A stretch of 64,000 nt of DNA from an uncultured Candidatus Saccharibacteria bacterium (GTDB taxonomy: Bacteria > Patescibacteriota > Saccharimonadia > Saccharimonadales > Saccharimonadaceae). The notes beneath the pieces are model-generated. The model was not told the DNA's origin, searched no databases, and saw only the letters and a program-made list of their open reading frames with translations. A program made the position numbers and the translations under genes. Numbering within the stretch: position 1 is the first letter of the stretch; each line of letters starts with the position of its first letter. This document shows, one piece after another, positions 54,942-64,000 of the stretch. The stretch covers positions 114,140 to 178,139 of the forward strand of contig CALIJB010000005.1 of NCBI GenBank assembly GCA_938017675.1. Reading direction: 5' to 3'.

Positions 54942-56259
54942 ACCAGCTGACCAACAAAAGCAGTTTTCCGCGGATGGCTTAAATTTGGAGCATAATCAAG
55001 CATTGCCACTGGTCATGCATATAGACCTTAATAGCTGCTTTGCGACCATTGAACAGCAGTCGCGGCCGCTGTTGCGCGGGCGGCCAGTGGCGGTAGTTAA
55101 TCGTTTGGTCGAGAATACTTCGGTTATCACTGTGAGCTATGAAGCGAAAGCTTACGGTGTTAGGGCTGGTATGAAATATCGCCAGGCTAAACGCCTGTGT
55201 CCCGAGCTAGTAGCGCTCGACAGCGACCCGCCGAAGTATCGCTGGGTATATCGGCAGCTGCTACGAATTATGAACAGCTACAGTCCGTCGGTGGTAATGA
55301 AAAGCATTGATGAAGGTATAATTGATTTTGCAGTAGCGCCCGAATCGATGCGGTCGCGCGGTTTAGAAGCCATCGGCAAAGAGATAAAGCAGCGGTTGCG
55401 CACCGAAGTAGGCTCGTACATGCGTTGTAATATCGGTATCGGTACTAACCGTTTCTGGGCCAAGATGGCGGCTAGTTTGCACAAACCTGACGGGCTTGAT
55501 GTCGTGACGGCGCAAAATGTACGAACGGTGTTAGCTAGCTTAACTTTACGCAATCTAACGGGAATTGCGCGGCACAACGAGCAGCGGCTGAACGCGGTGG
55601 GTATTTTTACGCCGTTGCAAATGTATGAATCGTCGCCAGAGGCGCTTCATGCTGCTTTTCATAGTATTAATGGTGAAAAATGGTATCAACGTCTGCATGG
55701 CTGGGAAGTCGATGATTTGATAAGCGACGTTAAAACATGCGGCCGCCAATACGTACTAGAGGAGCGCAATATGCCACGGCAACAAATAGCCGCTCGATTG
55801 CACAATTTAGTCGAGGCGGTTGGACAAAAAATGCGTTCGCAGCGCAAGTCGGCGCGCGGCGTCGGTATTTATGTGCGAATGGCGGGCGTGGCTAGCGACT
55901 CAAAGCTATCGTCGAATAGTGGACGCTGGGGTCGCGCGGGTAATTACTGGCAGCGTAAATATTTAGCGCCGCTGCCAATGTTTAGCGATGCTGCGTTGTG
56001 GCGCGTGGCCGAAGAGTTATTCTGCCAGGCGCCGGCTGGCGATGTACGCGAGATAGGCGTGCATTGTTATAATCTGTATAACAGCACCAGCGATCAGCTG
56101 AGTTTGTTTGGCGACGAATTAGCGCGCGAGCAGCAAACCACTTGGGCGATTGACGAGATTAATCAGCGGTACGGCGCTCGGACTATTCACGCTGCTAGTA
56201 CGCTTAATACCGAGGCAGTTCGCACCAAGATTCCGTTTGGTAGTACGCGCTATTTATAA
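54934..56259 (+). CDS. Y-family DNA polymerase (DinB/UmuC-like)
   Basis: MHIDLNSCFATIEQ (catalytic Asp and steric gate) and MKSIDEGIIDF (catalytic D-E) motifs and a little-finger-length C-terminus are present. Confidence 0.88.
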   Translation: MVEPADQQKQFSADGLNLEHNQALPLVMHIDLNSCFATIEQQSRPLLRGRPVAVVNRLVENTSVITVSYEAKAYGVRAGMKYRQAKRLCPELVALDSDPPKYRWVYRQLLRIMNSYSPSVVMKSIDEGIIDFAVAPESMRSRGLEAIGKEIKQRLRTEVGSYMRCNIGIGTNRFWAKMAASLHKPDGLDVVTAQNVRTVLASLTLRNLTGIARHNEQRLNAVGIFTPLQMYESSPEALHAAFHSINGEKWYQRLHGWEVDDLISDVKTCGRQYVLEERNMPRQQIAARLHNLVEAVGQKMRSQRKSARGVGIYVRMAGVASDSKLSSNSGRWGRAGNYWQRKYLAPLPMFSDAALWRVAEELFCQAPAGDVREIGVHCYNLYNSTSDQLSLFGDELAREQQTTWAIDEINQRYGARTIHAASTLNTEAVRTKIPFGSTRYL

Positions 56260-56302
56260 AATGTATTACTGCATATAAGTATCAGTTAACGCTAGCGTCC
56301 TG

Positions 56303-57169
56303 ATGGATTATAATAAAAGTAATATGACGTATCTAGTGGCAGTTTCTGGCGGCGTGGATAGCGTGTGCTTATTGGATATGCTAAGCCGGTCGGAACATCG
56401 GCTAATTGTAGCGCATGTCGAACATGGAATCCGCGGCGAGGCTTCGTGCGCTGATGCACGGTTTGTGGCAGCGTTGGCGCAGAAATATAATTTACCGTTC
56501 GTTTCGACGGCGCTTAATCTCGGGCCGAATGCTAGCGAAGAATTAGCGCGCCAGAAGCGTTATGATTTTTTGCTGGCGCAGGCACAGAAATTTGGCGCGG
56601 TGCTAGTTACGGCGCATCATGCTGAAGATGTCGCCGAAACGATTGCTATCAATATTGAGCGCGGTACGGGATGGCGCGGGTTAGCTGTGCTAGCGCGCAC
56701 AGGAGTTAAACGTCCGCTGATTTCTTTTACCAAGACGCAATTGTACGATTATGCGCTGCAGCATCGCTTGGAATGGGTTGAAGATGCAACGAACGCAAGC
56801 GGTCTTTATCAACGCAATCGTGTCAGAAAAGCACTAAAAAGTGTTATTAGTCAACGCACAATTGTAAGGATATTGCAGTTTCGCGCTAGACAGCTAGCTT
56901 TACGGAAAGATATTGAACGCGAAACTGAGCGGATCATGCTGCGCAATAGCGGTTCGCGGTATTTTTTGTCGCAGATTGATGATGATGTAGCGTTAGAGCT
57001 GTTAGCGAGCGATATTGCCAGGCAAACTGGCGGACTGCGACCGACTCGGCCGCGTACTCAACGGGCTTTGCTGGCTATCAAGACGGCGCGGCCGGGCGCT
57101 AAAATTGATGTCGGCGATGGCGTGCAATTAGAAATTACCTCTCGAACTTACTGCGCGAAGGTGGTATAA
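56303..57169 (+). CDS. tilS: tRNA(Ile)-lysidine synthase, short form
   Basis: The PP-loop VAVSGGVDSV is present and the gene lies before ftsH. The in-frame ATG at 56324 (9 nt after TATAAT 56309..56314) is an equally good start. Confidence 0.88.
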   Translation: MDYNKSNMTYLVAVSGGVDSVCLLDMLSRSEHRLIVAHVEHGIRGEASCADARFVAALAQKYNLPFVSTALNLGPNASEELARQKRYDFLLAQAQKFGAVLVTAHHAEDVAETIAINIERGTGWRGLAVLARTGVKRPLISFTKTQLYDYALQHRLEWVEDATNASGLYQRNRVRKALKSVISQRTIVRILQFRARQLALRKDIERETERIMLRNSGSRYFLSQIDDDVALELLASDIARQTGGLRPTRPRTQRALLAIKTARPGAKIDVGDGVQLEITSRTYCAKVV

Positions 57170-57222
57170 TTACAGAGATATTCTGAATTTGATTATAAAA
57201 CCACGAAAGGATACATATTTCA

Positions 57223-59082
57223 ATGCCTAAACCTCGTAAACAAAAGGTGAGTAATAAAGTTCGGCTCGGTTTATTCTGGGCAATTATCGTTTTGATTGGA
57301 CTGTCGCTATATGCGGCATTTATGCCGGCTAAGCCGCTCCAGGAAGTACCAATCGCTCAGGTGATTCGAGACGCCAACGAAGGCAAAGTAGCCAAGATCG
57401 AAGGCCAAGGCGGCGACCTTCAGGTGACCATGAAGGGCGAGAATAAGCCATCTAAGCGGACATACTTAGGCGGCGGGGTTTCGTCGCTGCTGAAAGACAA
57501 TATACTTAACGAAAAAGGCCGTGCAGTTGTTTCGGATAGCGCGCCAGTTGATAATTCTTTGATGCTGACTTTGATGACGGTGGTTTTGCCAGTGCTGCTG
57601 ATAGGTGCGTTGTTCGTCTTCATGATGCGGCAGGCCCAAGGCCAGAATAGCCAGGCGATGAGTTTTGGTAAAAGTAAGGCTAGGCTATACGGCCTTGATA
57701 AAGAGCGGGTGGTGTTTGACGATATCGCTGGCAATGATAATGCTAAACAGGATTTACAAGAGGTCGTTGACTTTCTCAAGCATCCGAAAAAATATCAAAG
57801 TCTCGGTGCCAAAATCCCGAAGGGCGTGCTGCTAGTTGGCGATCCAGGTACTGGCAAGACGATGCTAGCGCGAGCAGTAGCTGGCGAGGCGGATGTACCT
57901 TTCTTCTCTATTTCTGGTTCAGAGTTTGTTGAAATGTTTGTCGGTGTTGGCGCCAGCCGCGTGCGCGACCTTTTCCAGAAGGCCAAGAAAAACGCGCCGG
58001 CGATTGTTTTTATCGATGAGATTGACGCCGTCGGGCGCAAACGCGGCAGCGGTATGGGCGGCGGTCATGACGAGCGCGAGCAGACACTGAACCAAATTTT
58101 GGTAGAGATGGACGGTTTTGAAGCGGACACCAATGTGATTGTAATCGCGGCGACCAACCGGGCTGACGTGCTTGATCCGGCACTGCTCAGGCCAGGCCGC
58201 TTTGACCGGCACGTGACGATTAGTTTGCCAGAGCGCAAAGATCGCGAAGCTATTTTGAAAGTTCATTTCAAAAATAAGCCGACTGACGACACGGTTGATC
58301 TCGATAAATTAGCAGCTAAGACGGCTGGCTCCAGCGGTGCTGATTTGGCGAATATTGCCAACGAGGCGGCAATCATTGCAGCGCGGCGCAACTCCAAGAA
58401 AGTGTCGAATGACGACCTAACCGAAGCTTTTGAAAAGGTGGCTATCGGCCCGGAGCGTAAAGCTAAAGTAATGAACGACCACGAAAAGGAACTAACTGCT
58501 TATCACGAAGCTGGCCATGCCATTGTTGGTCATGTCTTGCCAGATAGCGATCCAGTACACAAAATCACTATCATTCCGCGCGGCGGTACGGGTGGTGTGA
58601 CGTGGTTCTTGCCGCCAGAAGATAGAAGTTACACTAATGTTTACGAGTTCAAGGATATTCTAGCGCGGGCGCTGGGCGGCCGGATTGCCGAGAAGCTGAT
58701 TTACGGCAATGATGGTATTACTACTGGCGCTGGCAGTGATTTGCGCCACGCCGCTAAAGTTGCTCGCAATATGATAATTGAACAAGGCATGGGCTCGAAA
58801 CTGCGCGACCAAGTCTTCCACGATGACAATGGCGGCATGGTCTTTGACAAAATTACCCACGACCGGCCATATTCAGAGGCGACAGCACAAGAGATCGACA
58901 ACGAGGTCGAGGCGCTGATTAAGGAGGCGTCAACTCGCGCCGAAATAATACTCAGCAAGAATCGGGCGGTGCTTGAAAAGCTCAAGGATGCTTTGCTCAA
59001 AAACGAAACTCTCGAAGAAGAAGACGCCGCTAAATATATGAAGGATGCGGTACTGCCAAAGGAAGTGAAATTACACGCATAG
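57223..59082 (+). CDS. ftsH: ATP-dependent zinc metalloprotease FtsH
   Basis: It has two TM helices, AAA+ Walker A GDPGTGKT, Walker B IVFIDEID, the SRH, and the zinc motif HEAGHA. Confidence 0.98.
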   Translation: MPKPRKQKVSNKVRLGLFWAIIVLIGLSLYAAFMPAKPLQEVPIAQVIRDANEGKVAKIEGQGGDLQVTMKGENKPSKRTYLGGGVSSLLKDNILNEKGRAVVSDSAPVDNSLMLTLMTVVLPVLLIGALFVFMMRQAQGQNSQAMSFGKSKARLYGLDKERVVFDDIAGNDNAKQDLQEVVDFLKHPKKYQSLGAKIPKGVLLVGDPGTGKTMLARAVAGEADVPFFSISGSEFVEMFVGVGASRVRDLFQKAKKNAPAIVFIDEIDAVGRKRGSGMGGGHDEREQTLNQILVEMDGFEADTNVIVIAATNRADVLDPALLRPGRFDRHVTISLPERKDREAILKVHFKNKPTDDTVDLDKLAAKTAGSSGADLANIANEAAIIAARRNSKKVSNDDLTEAFEKVAIGPERKAKVMNDHEKELTAYHEAGHAIVGHVLPDSDPVHKITIIPRGGTGGVTWFLPPEDRSYTNVYEFKDILARALGGRIAEKLIYGNDGITTGAGSDLRHAAKVARNMIIEQGMGSKLRDQVFHDDNGGMVFDKITHDRPYSEATAQEIDNEVEALIKEASTRAEIILSKNRAVLEKLKDALLKNETLEEEDAAKYMKDAVLPKEVKLHA

Positions 59083-59085
59083 ACT

Positions 59086-60723
59086 ATGGCGGGGCGAGGA
59101 AGTCGAGTACGGTCGGTTGTTGCCAAAGCTAATAGCAAATTGTCAGTACAGTGGGCGGCAATTCTGCTGTCTGGATCGACGATGCTGTCAAGCCTGCTGG
59201 GGATTTACCGCGATCGTTTAATTAATGGCATGTACCTGGACACCTATAAAGTGGGTGCTGATGCTTACGTGGCGGCGTTTACTGTGCCGGATTTTATGTA
59301 TTTTCTGCTAGTATCGGGCGCTTTGAGTGTATCGTTTATTCCAGTGTTTAATCAGCGTTTGGCTAGCGGTAATAAGCGATCGGCGTGGGAGCTGAGTTCA
59401 AGCTTGTTGAATCTCTTTGCGGTATTGACGTTAATCACTAGCGTGCTGATTATCATCTTTGCCGACCCGCTAGTGCGCTATGTTGTTGGCCCGGGCTTTG
59501 GCGAGCAAGGGCATGCTTTGGCGGTGAGTATGATGCGTATAATTGCCGTCAATCCGTTTTTGTTCGCGATTGCGACGGTAGTGTCGAGTATGCAGCAAGC
59601 AATCGGCCGGTTTACTTTTTTGGCACTAGCACCAACCATCTATAATCTAGGTATCGTTGTCGGTGCCAAATATTTTACTAACGGCATTAATATTTTTGGC
59701 TGGCAGATTTTTGAGGGCGGCATTATGGGCGTGGCTCTTGGCGTAGTATTAGGGGCAATTTTGCAGCTGGTGGTTAGTTCAATTGGTCTGGTTGGCGTAA
59801 ACTTTGACTATCGCCCGGTGATTTCTTGGCGCAACAAAGGTTTTCGTCAAGTCTTGAAACTTCTACCACCGCGCTCAATTGATCAAGGAATTGATTATTT
59901 TAATGGAATTGTTGAAATTAATTTAGCGTCACGAATGGGCGACGGAATTATGCGTGTTTATCAGCAGGCGTCGAGCTTGAGTTTGATGCCAGTAAATCTA
60001 GTCGGCGTAGCTATTAGCAATGCGGCTTTTCCGCGGATGACTGAACGGCTAGCAGAAGGTCGAGTTGATTTATTTAAGAAAGAACTGCGCTCGGTTTTTC
60101 GTTGGATTGTTTGGCTGGCATTGCCAATTGCTGTGATTACATTTTTTGCGCGTGGCTACGTGGTGGCTTTCATCAAAAACGGCGGCCAGCCGGCGATTGC
60201 TAGTGTTCTCGGTGCGTTAGTGATATCGATATTCTTCCGGACGCTTTATCACATCATGGCGCGAACGTTCTACGCGCAGCAAGACACGCGAACACCTCTG
60301 TATATTTCGATAGCGACGATATCGTTAAATATTGTGTTGGCAATCATATTCACGCAGCTGTTCGGCTGGGGAGTGTTTGGTTTGGCTTGGGCGCAATCAA
60401 TTGTTTCGGTGGTAGAGATTGCGATTTTGCTAACTATATTGCACGTACGTACACCAGGTATTTTTAATCGCAAGACACTGCGCAGTATTATTACTATGAT
60501 GATTGCCAGTGCAATTATGGGTGTGGTGACTTATTTTGTAGTACAGATGTTGCAGTTGCAGTCGCGCGATATGAATTTTATGGCAGTTTTCCCGAAGTTT
60601 ACCGTTATCGTGGTAGTGAGTTTTGCGGTATATATAGCATTAAGTAAGGTATTTAAGCTTGAAGAGGCGGATCCGATTGTTGCGAAATTACGACAGCTGC
60701 TATTCGGCAGAGTGAGGCGTTAG
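59086..60723 (+). CDS. murJ: Lipid II flippase MurJ (MviN family)
   Basis: It is a 14-TM MOP-family protein with an RDRLINGMY-type N-terminal motif. The length is 545 aa. Confidence 0.88.
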   Translation: MAGRGSRVRSVVAKANSKLSVQWAAILLSGSTMLSSLLGIYRDRLINGMYLDTYKVGADAYVAAFTVPDFMYFLLVSGALSVSFIPVFNQRLASGNKRSAWELSSSLLNLFAVLTLITSVLIIIFADPLVRYVVGPGFGEQGHALAVSMMRIIAVNPFLFAIATVVSSMQQAIGRFTFLALAPTIYNLGIVVGAKYFTNGINIFGWQIFEGGIMGVALGVVLGAILQLVVSSIGLVGVNFDYRPVISWRNKGFRQVLKLLPPRSIDQGIDYFNGIVEINLASRMGDGIMRVYQQASSLSLMPVNLVGVAISNAAFPRMTERLAEGRVDLFKKELRSVFRWIVWLALPIAVITFFARGYVVAFIKNGGQPAIASVLGALVISIFFRTLYHIMARTFYAQQDTRTPLYISIATISLNIVLAIIFTQLFGWGVFGLAWAQSIVSVVEIAILLTILHVRTPGIFNRKTLRSIITMMIASAIMGVVTYFVVQMLQLQSRDMNFMAVFPKFTVIVVVSFAVYIALSKVFKLEEADPIVAKLRQLLFGRVRR

Positions 60724-60724
60724 A

Positions 60725-61711
60725 GTGGAGCGTATACGTAATTTTTGCATCATTGCTCATATCGATCACGGCAAATCGACGCTGGCGGATAGGATGATGG
60801 AGATGACGGGGACGGTGGAGAAGCGCGAGATGAAATCGCAACTGCTTGATAGTATGGACTTGGAGCGTGAAAAAGGGATTACTATTAAGTTGGCGCCGGT
60901 GCGAATGAAGTACGAGCCGACTGCTGCTGGTCTTTTCTCTGAAGGCTTTGCCTTTCTGGCAAAGCGAGGCCAAGAGCGTAAGCTAGATCAGTTGGCGGCC
61001 GAGCGGCCTGAAGAGAAAAGCGCCAGCGAGGTCGGCACTAACAGGCCGTTGCGGTCGGTTACTTACGATCTCAACCTTATCGATACGCCCGGCCATGTTG
61101 ATTTTAGCTATGAGGTGTCGCGTAGTTTACAGGCCTGCGAGGGCGCGGTATTGGTGGTTGACGCCAGCCAAGGCATTCAGGCGCAGACACTGGCGAATGT
61201 GTACCTGGCGATGGAGCAGGATCTGACGATTATCCCGGTACTCAACAAGGTCGATTTGCCAGCCGCTGATGTGCCACGGGTGTCCAAGCAGGTGATCAAT
61301 TTGCTGGGCTGTGATGAAAGCGAAATTATTCATATTTCTGCTAAAACGGGGCAGAACGTCGATCAAGTCTTAGAGGCGATCGTTGAGCGAATTCCAGCAC
61401 CAACTGGTCAGCCAGACGACCCGACGCGGGCGTTGATTTTTGATAGTTATTATGATGATTACCGCGGGGTGATTTTGTATGTCAGGGTGGTTGACGGGCA
61501 GATCAAAAAAGGCGAAGCGATTCATATGATGGCGACTGGCGCGAACGGCTTGGCGCTAGAAGTTGGCCATCTCAGTCCCGGCATGATTGCCGATCCGTCG
61601 CTTGATACCGGCGAGATTGGCTACATCGTCACCAACTTGAAAACTACGCGTGAAGCGCGGGTGGGTGATACGGTGACGCTGAAAAAGTACTTCACGAAAG
61701 AGACTAAATAG
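60725..61711 (+). pseudogene. lepA: Elongation factor 4 (LepA), 5' part only (G domain plus domain II), with an in-frame insertion of about 42 aa
   Basis: [27 protein letters not shown] and NKVDLP motifs are present. The ORF ends 9 codons after VGDTVTL, whereas full-length LepA (about 600 aa) continues with domains III-V and the C-terminal domain. Confidence 0.75.
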
Positions 61712-61721
61712 GAGGCTAGAA

Positions 61722-62330
61722 GTGAGCAAAGGCATCATCTACGTCATGACCACTGCAGTGTCAGGCCTCATCAAAATCGGTAAGACACAAACCAAGCAGT
61801 ACCCAGAGCGGATGCGCTTTCTCGAGGCGAATGGCTACTACAATGTGGTTGGTTTGAAGCGGTTGTTTGCGATCGAGGTGGCTGACTATTCCGAAAAGGA
61901 AACGCTATTGCACGAAATATTCGCCAAGCATCGAGTTGGTAGTAGTGAGCTTTTTGCGCTTGATTATGATTTGGTACAGCAGCTGTTGCTGTCGTTTGAG
62001 GGCGAGGTGGTCTTTCCGGAACAGAAAAATAAAGAAGCGGAATTTGACAAAATCACCAAAGCCAAAAACAGTAATCAAAAGTTTAGCTTTTACCGGAAAG
62101 GTCTCAAAAATGGCGATGAGGTTGTCTTTCTCAAAGATAAAACAATTGTAGCAAAAATTGTTGGCGAGCGCGAAGTTGAATATGGCGGGCAGAGGTGGTT
62201 TTTGTCGCCGCTGGTGCGAAAAATATTTGAGGACAGGAATCAAGTTAATGATAGCGGCGCGTACCAGGGTGCAGCCTACTTTTGTTTTGATGGCAAGAAA
62301 TTGAAGGACTTGCCGGATGTAGAACTGTAG
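61722..62330 (+). CDS. T5orf172 / GIY-YIG-like nuclease domain protein with C-terminal DUF4357-like region
   Basis: GIIYVMTT...LIKIGKTQ...R...E..LHEIFAKHRV..SELFAL matches the T5orf172 pattern. The GTG start follows a TAGGAGG that overlaps the lepA stop. Confidence 0.65.
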   Translation: MSKGIIYVMTTAVSGLIKIGKTQTKQYPERMRFLEANGYYNVVGLKRLFAIEVADYSEKETLLHEIFAKHRVGSSELFALDYDLVQQLLLSFEGEVVFPEQKNKEAEFDKITKAKNSNQKFSFYRKGLKNGDEVVFLKDKTIVAKIVGEREVEYGGQRWFLSPLVRKIFEDRNQVNDSGAYQGAAYFCFDGKKLKDLPDVEL

Positions 62331-62358
62331 GAGCGTGTGCTATTATTAAAATGTACAA

Positions 62359-62997
62359 ATGAAAACAAAAATACTCAAATTAATCTTAGCTTTAGTGTGT
62401 TTCAGTGTAAGCGCTTATACTTCGTATGATTATTTGCTGCATGAAGTGCCAGTCTATCTGAAAAGTAAAAATTTGGTTGAAGCAAGAACTCAGAAAACCC
62501 GTTTTCTAATACCAAAGCAGTGGCAAAGGATTGATGTAAAAAACGGTAAAACTGAAGGTTACGGCGATAAACTGGGCAAGGATAATAAGTCAATTAGCGG
62601 TGTTGGCGTGACTCAGGATTCGAAGCGGTTGGTGTTACCGGCTGCGCCTGATGAAGCTTATGAATTAGTGCGCAAAATAGCTTATGATAGCAAAGAGTTG
62701 CGCGAAGACGCGAAAAGATTCTTTACTATTAAGGGATTGGAAAATTGTCAAGCGACTGTCGATATCAAGGACGATACTTTGGAACAAAATGGTTTAGTTG
62801 GTATTGTCAGAATTACATCAAGTTGCGGTTCTCGACCTGAAAATACTAAAATGGTAACACGCTTAGTTGTCGGCCGCGAAGACGGATGTCTTCGTTACAT
62901 ATCGGTATTCTCTTACAATGAATATTGGAAGCAAAATAGCAAAGTGTTTGAAGAAATATTAAATAGCGTATCGTATATAGATACGCAAAACGCATGA
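62359..62997 (+). CDS. Membrane-anchored or secreted protein, unknown function
   Basis: It has an N-terminal hydrophobic helix (ILKLILALVCFSVSAY), lies in AT-rich DNA, and has a mixed alpha/beta-looking body. Confidence 0.45.
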   Translation: MKTKILKLILALVCFSVSAYTSYDYLLHEVPVYLKSKNLVEARTQKTRFLIPKQWQRIDVKNGKTEGYGDKLGKDNKSISGVGVTQDSKRLVLPAAPDEAYELVRKIAYDSKELREDAKRFFTIKGLENCQATVDIKDDTLEQNGLVGIVRITSSCGSRPENTKMVTRLVVGREDGCLRYISVFSYNEYWKQNSKVFEEILNSVSYIDTQNA

Positions 62998-63028
62998 GGC
63001 GGAAATTGGACCGTCTAACGTTAACAGA

Positions 63029-63658
63029 ATGAATAACTTCAAAAATTTTACAGAGAAAATTAGCTGCCGGGTGATTCCGACAACACGCGATCGCCGCGTG
63101 TGGTTGGATGAAAAAGTTGTCGACGATGATTTGTATTGTGTTTTTATGAATGGCCGATCGTACGAACTTGGCGAGGAATATGATGACTTTTTGTATGTCA
63201 CTGCTGACAACTTTGCCGAACTGGCAGATGTTATCCTCCGCGAGTTGTATGCGCGCGGATTTTCGTCGTCAGATTACAAATTAATCAATGAAAATCGCGT
63301 TCATCTGGACTATAGTTTTATAAGTGATGACACGCTTTGGACTGCCTGGCGCAATGTCGATGCGATAGTTACGGGCGATATTACCGACGAGAAGGACTAT
63401 CGTCGCGACAAAACTAAACGCGGTCGGTGGATGAGCTACTCTGAATTGGTTCAGACTATTGGCAAGAATCAAGCCCATAAGATTTTTGAGCAGTTATACA
63501 GTTATAAATTAGTTTGTAATTCTCTGCTGAATCAGTATGGATACTATAAATCGATTTACTGTAAAATCCCCACTACCTTTGCAATAGTTTTAAAGGTTAT
63601 CTTGTTTTTCTGCAGAGGTGGTGGCTATTATAGATCCCTTGCAATGTCCAATGTCTAA
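63029..63658 (+). CDS. Hypothetical protein
   Basis: It is a long ORF in AT-rich DNA with no recognisable motif. Confidence 0.4.
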   Translation: MNNFKNFTEKISCRVIPTTRDRRVWLDEKVVDDDLYCVFMNGRSYELGEEYDDFLYVTADNFAELADVILRELYARGFSSSDYKLINENRVHLDYSFISDDTLWTAWRNVDAIVTGDITDEKDYRRDKTKRGRWMSYSELVQTIGKNQAHKIFEQLYSYKLVCNSLLNQYGYYKSIYCKIPTTFAIVLKVILFFCRGGGYYRSLAMSNV

Positions 63659-63717
63659 TGCTACAATATAAATCATAATCATAAATAGAGATAAACAGTC
63701 GCAAAATACGAGGAATT

Positions 63718-64000
63718 ATGACAACAGGCAACTCTGAACACGTAGCTAAAGGCTCTCTGGATCCCGAAGACCCGACAAAGTATTCTGATAACCCTACAGA
63801 GAACTCAGGAAATCATGAAGAGACTCTTCTTTCTCGTGTCGAGAGTTCTCTTGCTAATCAAGCTGTACGAGATAGTGAAAGAGACGTCCAGCAGACACCA
63901 GAAGATAAAGAAGACACGCATACTGTCGCTGAATTGCTTGAGATTCTGGAAAGAGGAGGAGACTCTAGCTATCAGTTGACGAGCCATGCCGCCCACCAAC
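63718..64000 (+). CDS. Partial acidic protein (continues beyond window)
   Basis: The ATG follows an AGGA RBS and the frame is open to the window end (MTTGNSEHVAKGSLDPEDPTKYSD...). It is absent from the ORF track because no stop codon lies within the window. Confidence 0.4.
   Translation, partial: MTTGNSEHVAKGSLDPEDPTKYSDNPTENSGNHEETLLSRVESSLANQAVRDSERDVQQTPEDKEDTHTVAELLEILERGGDSSYQLTSHAAHQ

Larger units (their letters stand above)
61712..63660. mobile_element. Putative inserted segment following truncated lepA (GIY-YIG-like gene plus two AT-rich unknown genes); right boundary unknown
   Basis: It begins abruptly at the lepA stop and the DNA from about 62340 is visibly AT-richer. No integrase or terminal repeats were seen. 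Confidence 0.35.

Noticed and set aside
60914-61063. Intein or intron explanation for the LepA insertion
   Set aside because: At 50 aa the segment is too short for an intein and lacks Cys/Ser/Thr-start and His-Asn-end splice motifs. It is in frame without stops, which argues against an intron.

Overview
This is a densely coding bacterial chromosomal segment with about 70 protein-coding genes and four tRNAs: Lys-UUU and three with a CAU anticodon. I found no rRNA, CRISPR array, transposase or integrase.

The gene content suggests a reduced-genome organism with a Gram-positive-type envelope, possibly Saccharibacteria/CPR-like. This is inference only. It rests on sortase-like sorting signals, an actinobacterial-type GT39, type IV pilus genes without a secretin, and the near absence of biosynthetic genes.

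Recognisable blocks, in order:
- A solitary C5 DNA methyltransferase.
- A MacB-type ABC transporter with PadR and PspC.
- A decayed GT2 next to a GT39.
- An OmpR/HisKA two-component system.
- dnaJ under CIRCE control.
- comEC.
- yebC-ruvC-ruvAB, interrupted by two envelope genes.
- pilin-recA-recX next to a pilBCMNO operon.
- aspS.
- A 1710-aa wall-anchored adhesin-like protein.
- tilS-ftsH-murJ.
- A truncated lepA abutting an AT-richer segment that begins with a GIY-YIG/T5orf172-like gene.

Main items for a second look:
1. The truncated lepA and the unknown genes that follow it.
2. A three-gene operon (6-TM protein, stand-alone ATP-cone, and a flavoprotein-disulfide-reductase homolog lacking both redox cysteines) bracketed by two tRNA genes.
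3. Two uncharacterised genes at the end of the pilus operon.
4. Cysteine-bounded mini-repeats in two envelope proteins inserted into the ruv operon.
5. The giant adhesin with an LSETG sorting signal.
6. A recurrent -10 box 5 to 10 nt upstream of start codons, implying many leaderless mRNAs.

All family calls come from motif recognition by eye. No searches were run. Hand-counted motif coordinates may be off by 1-2 nt.
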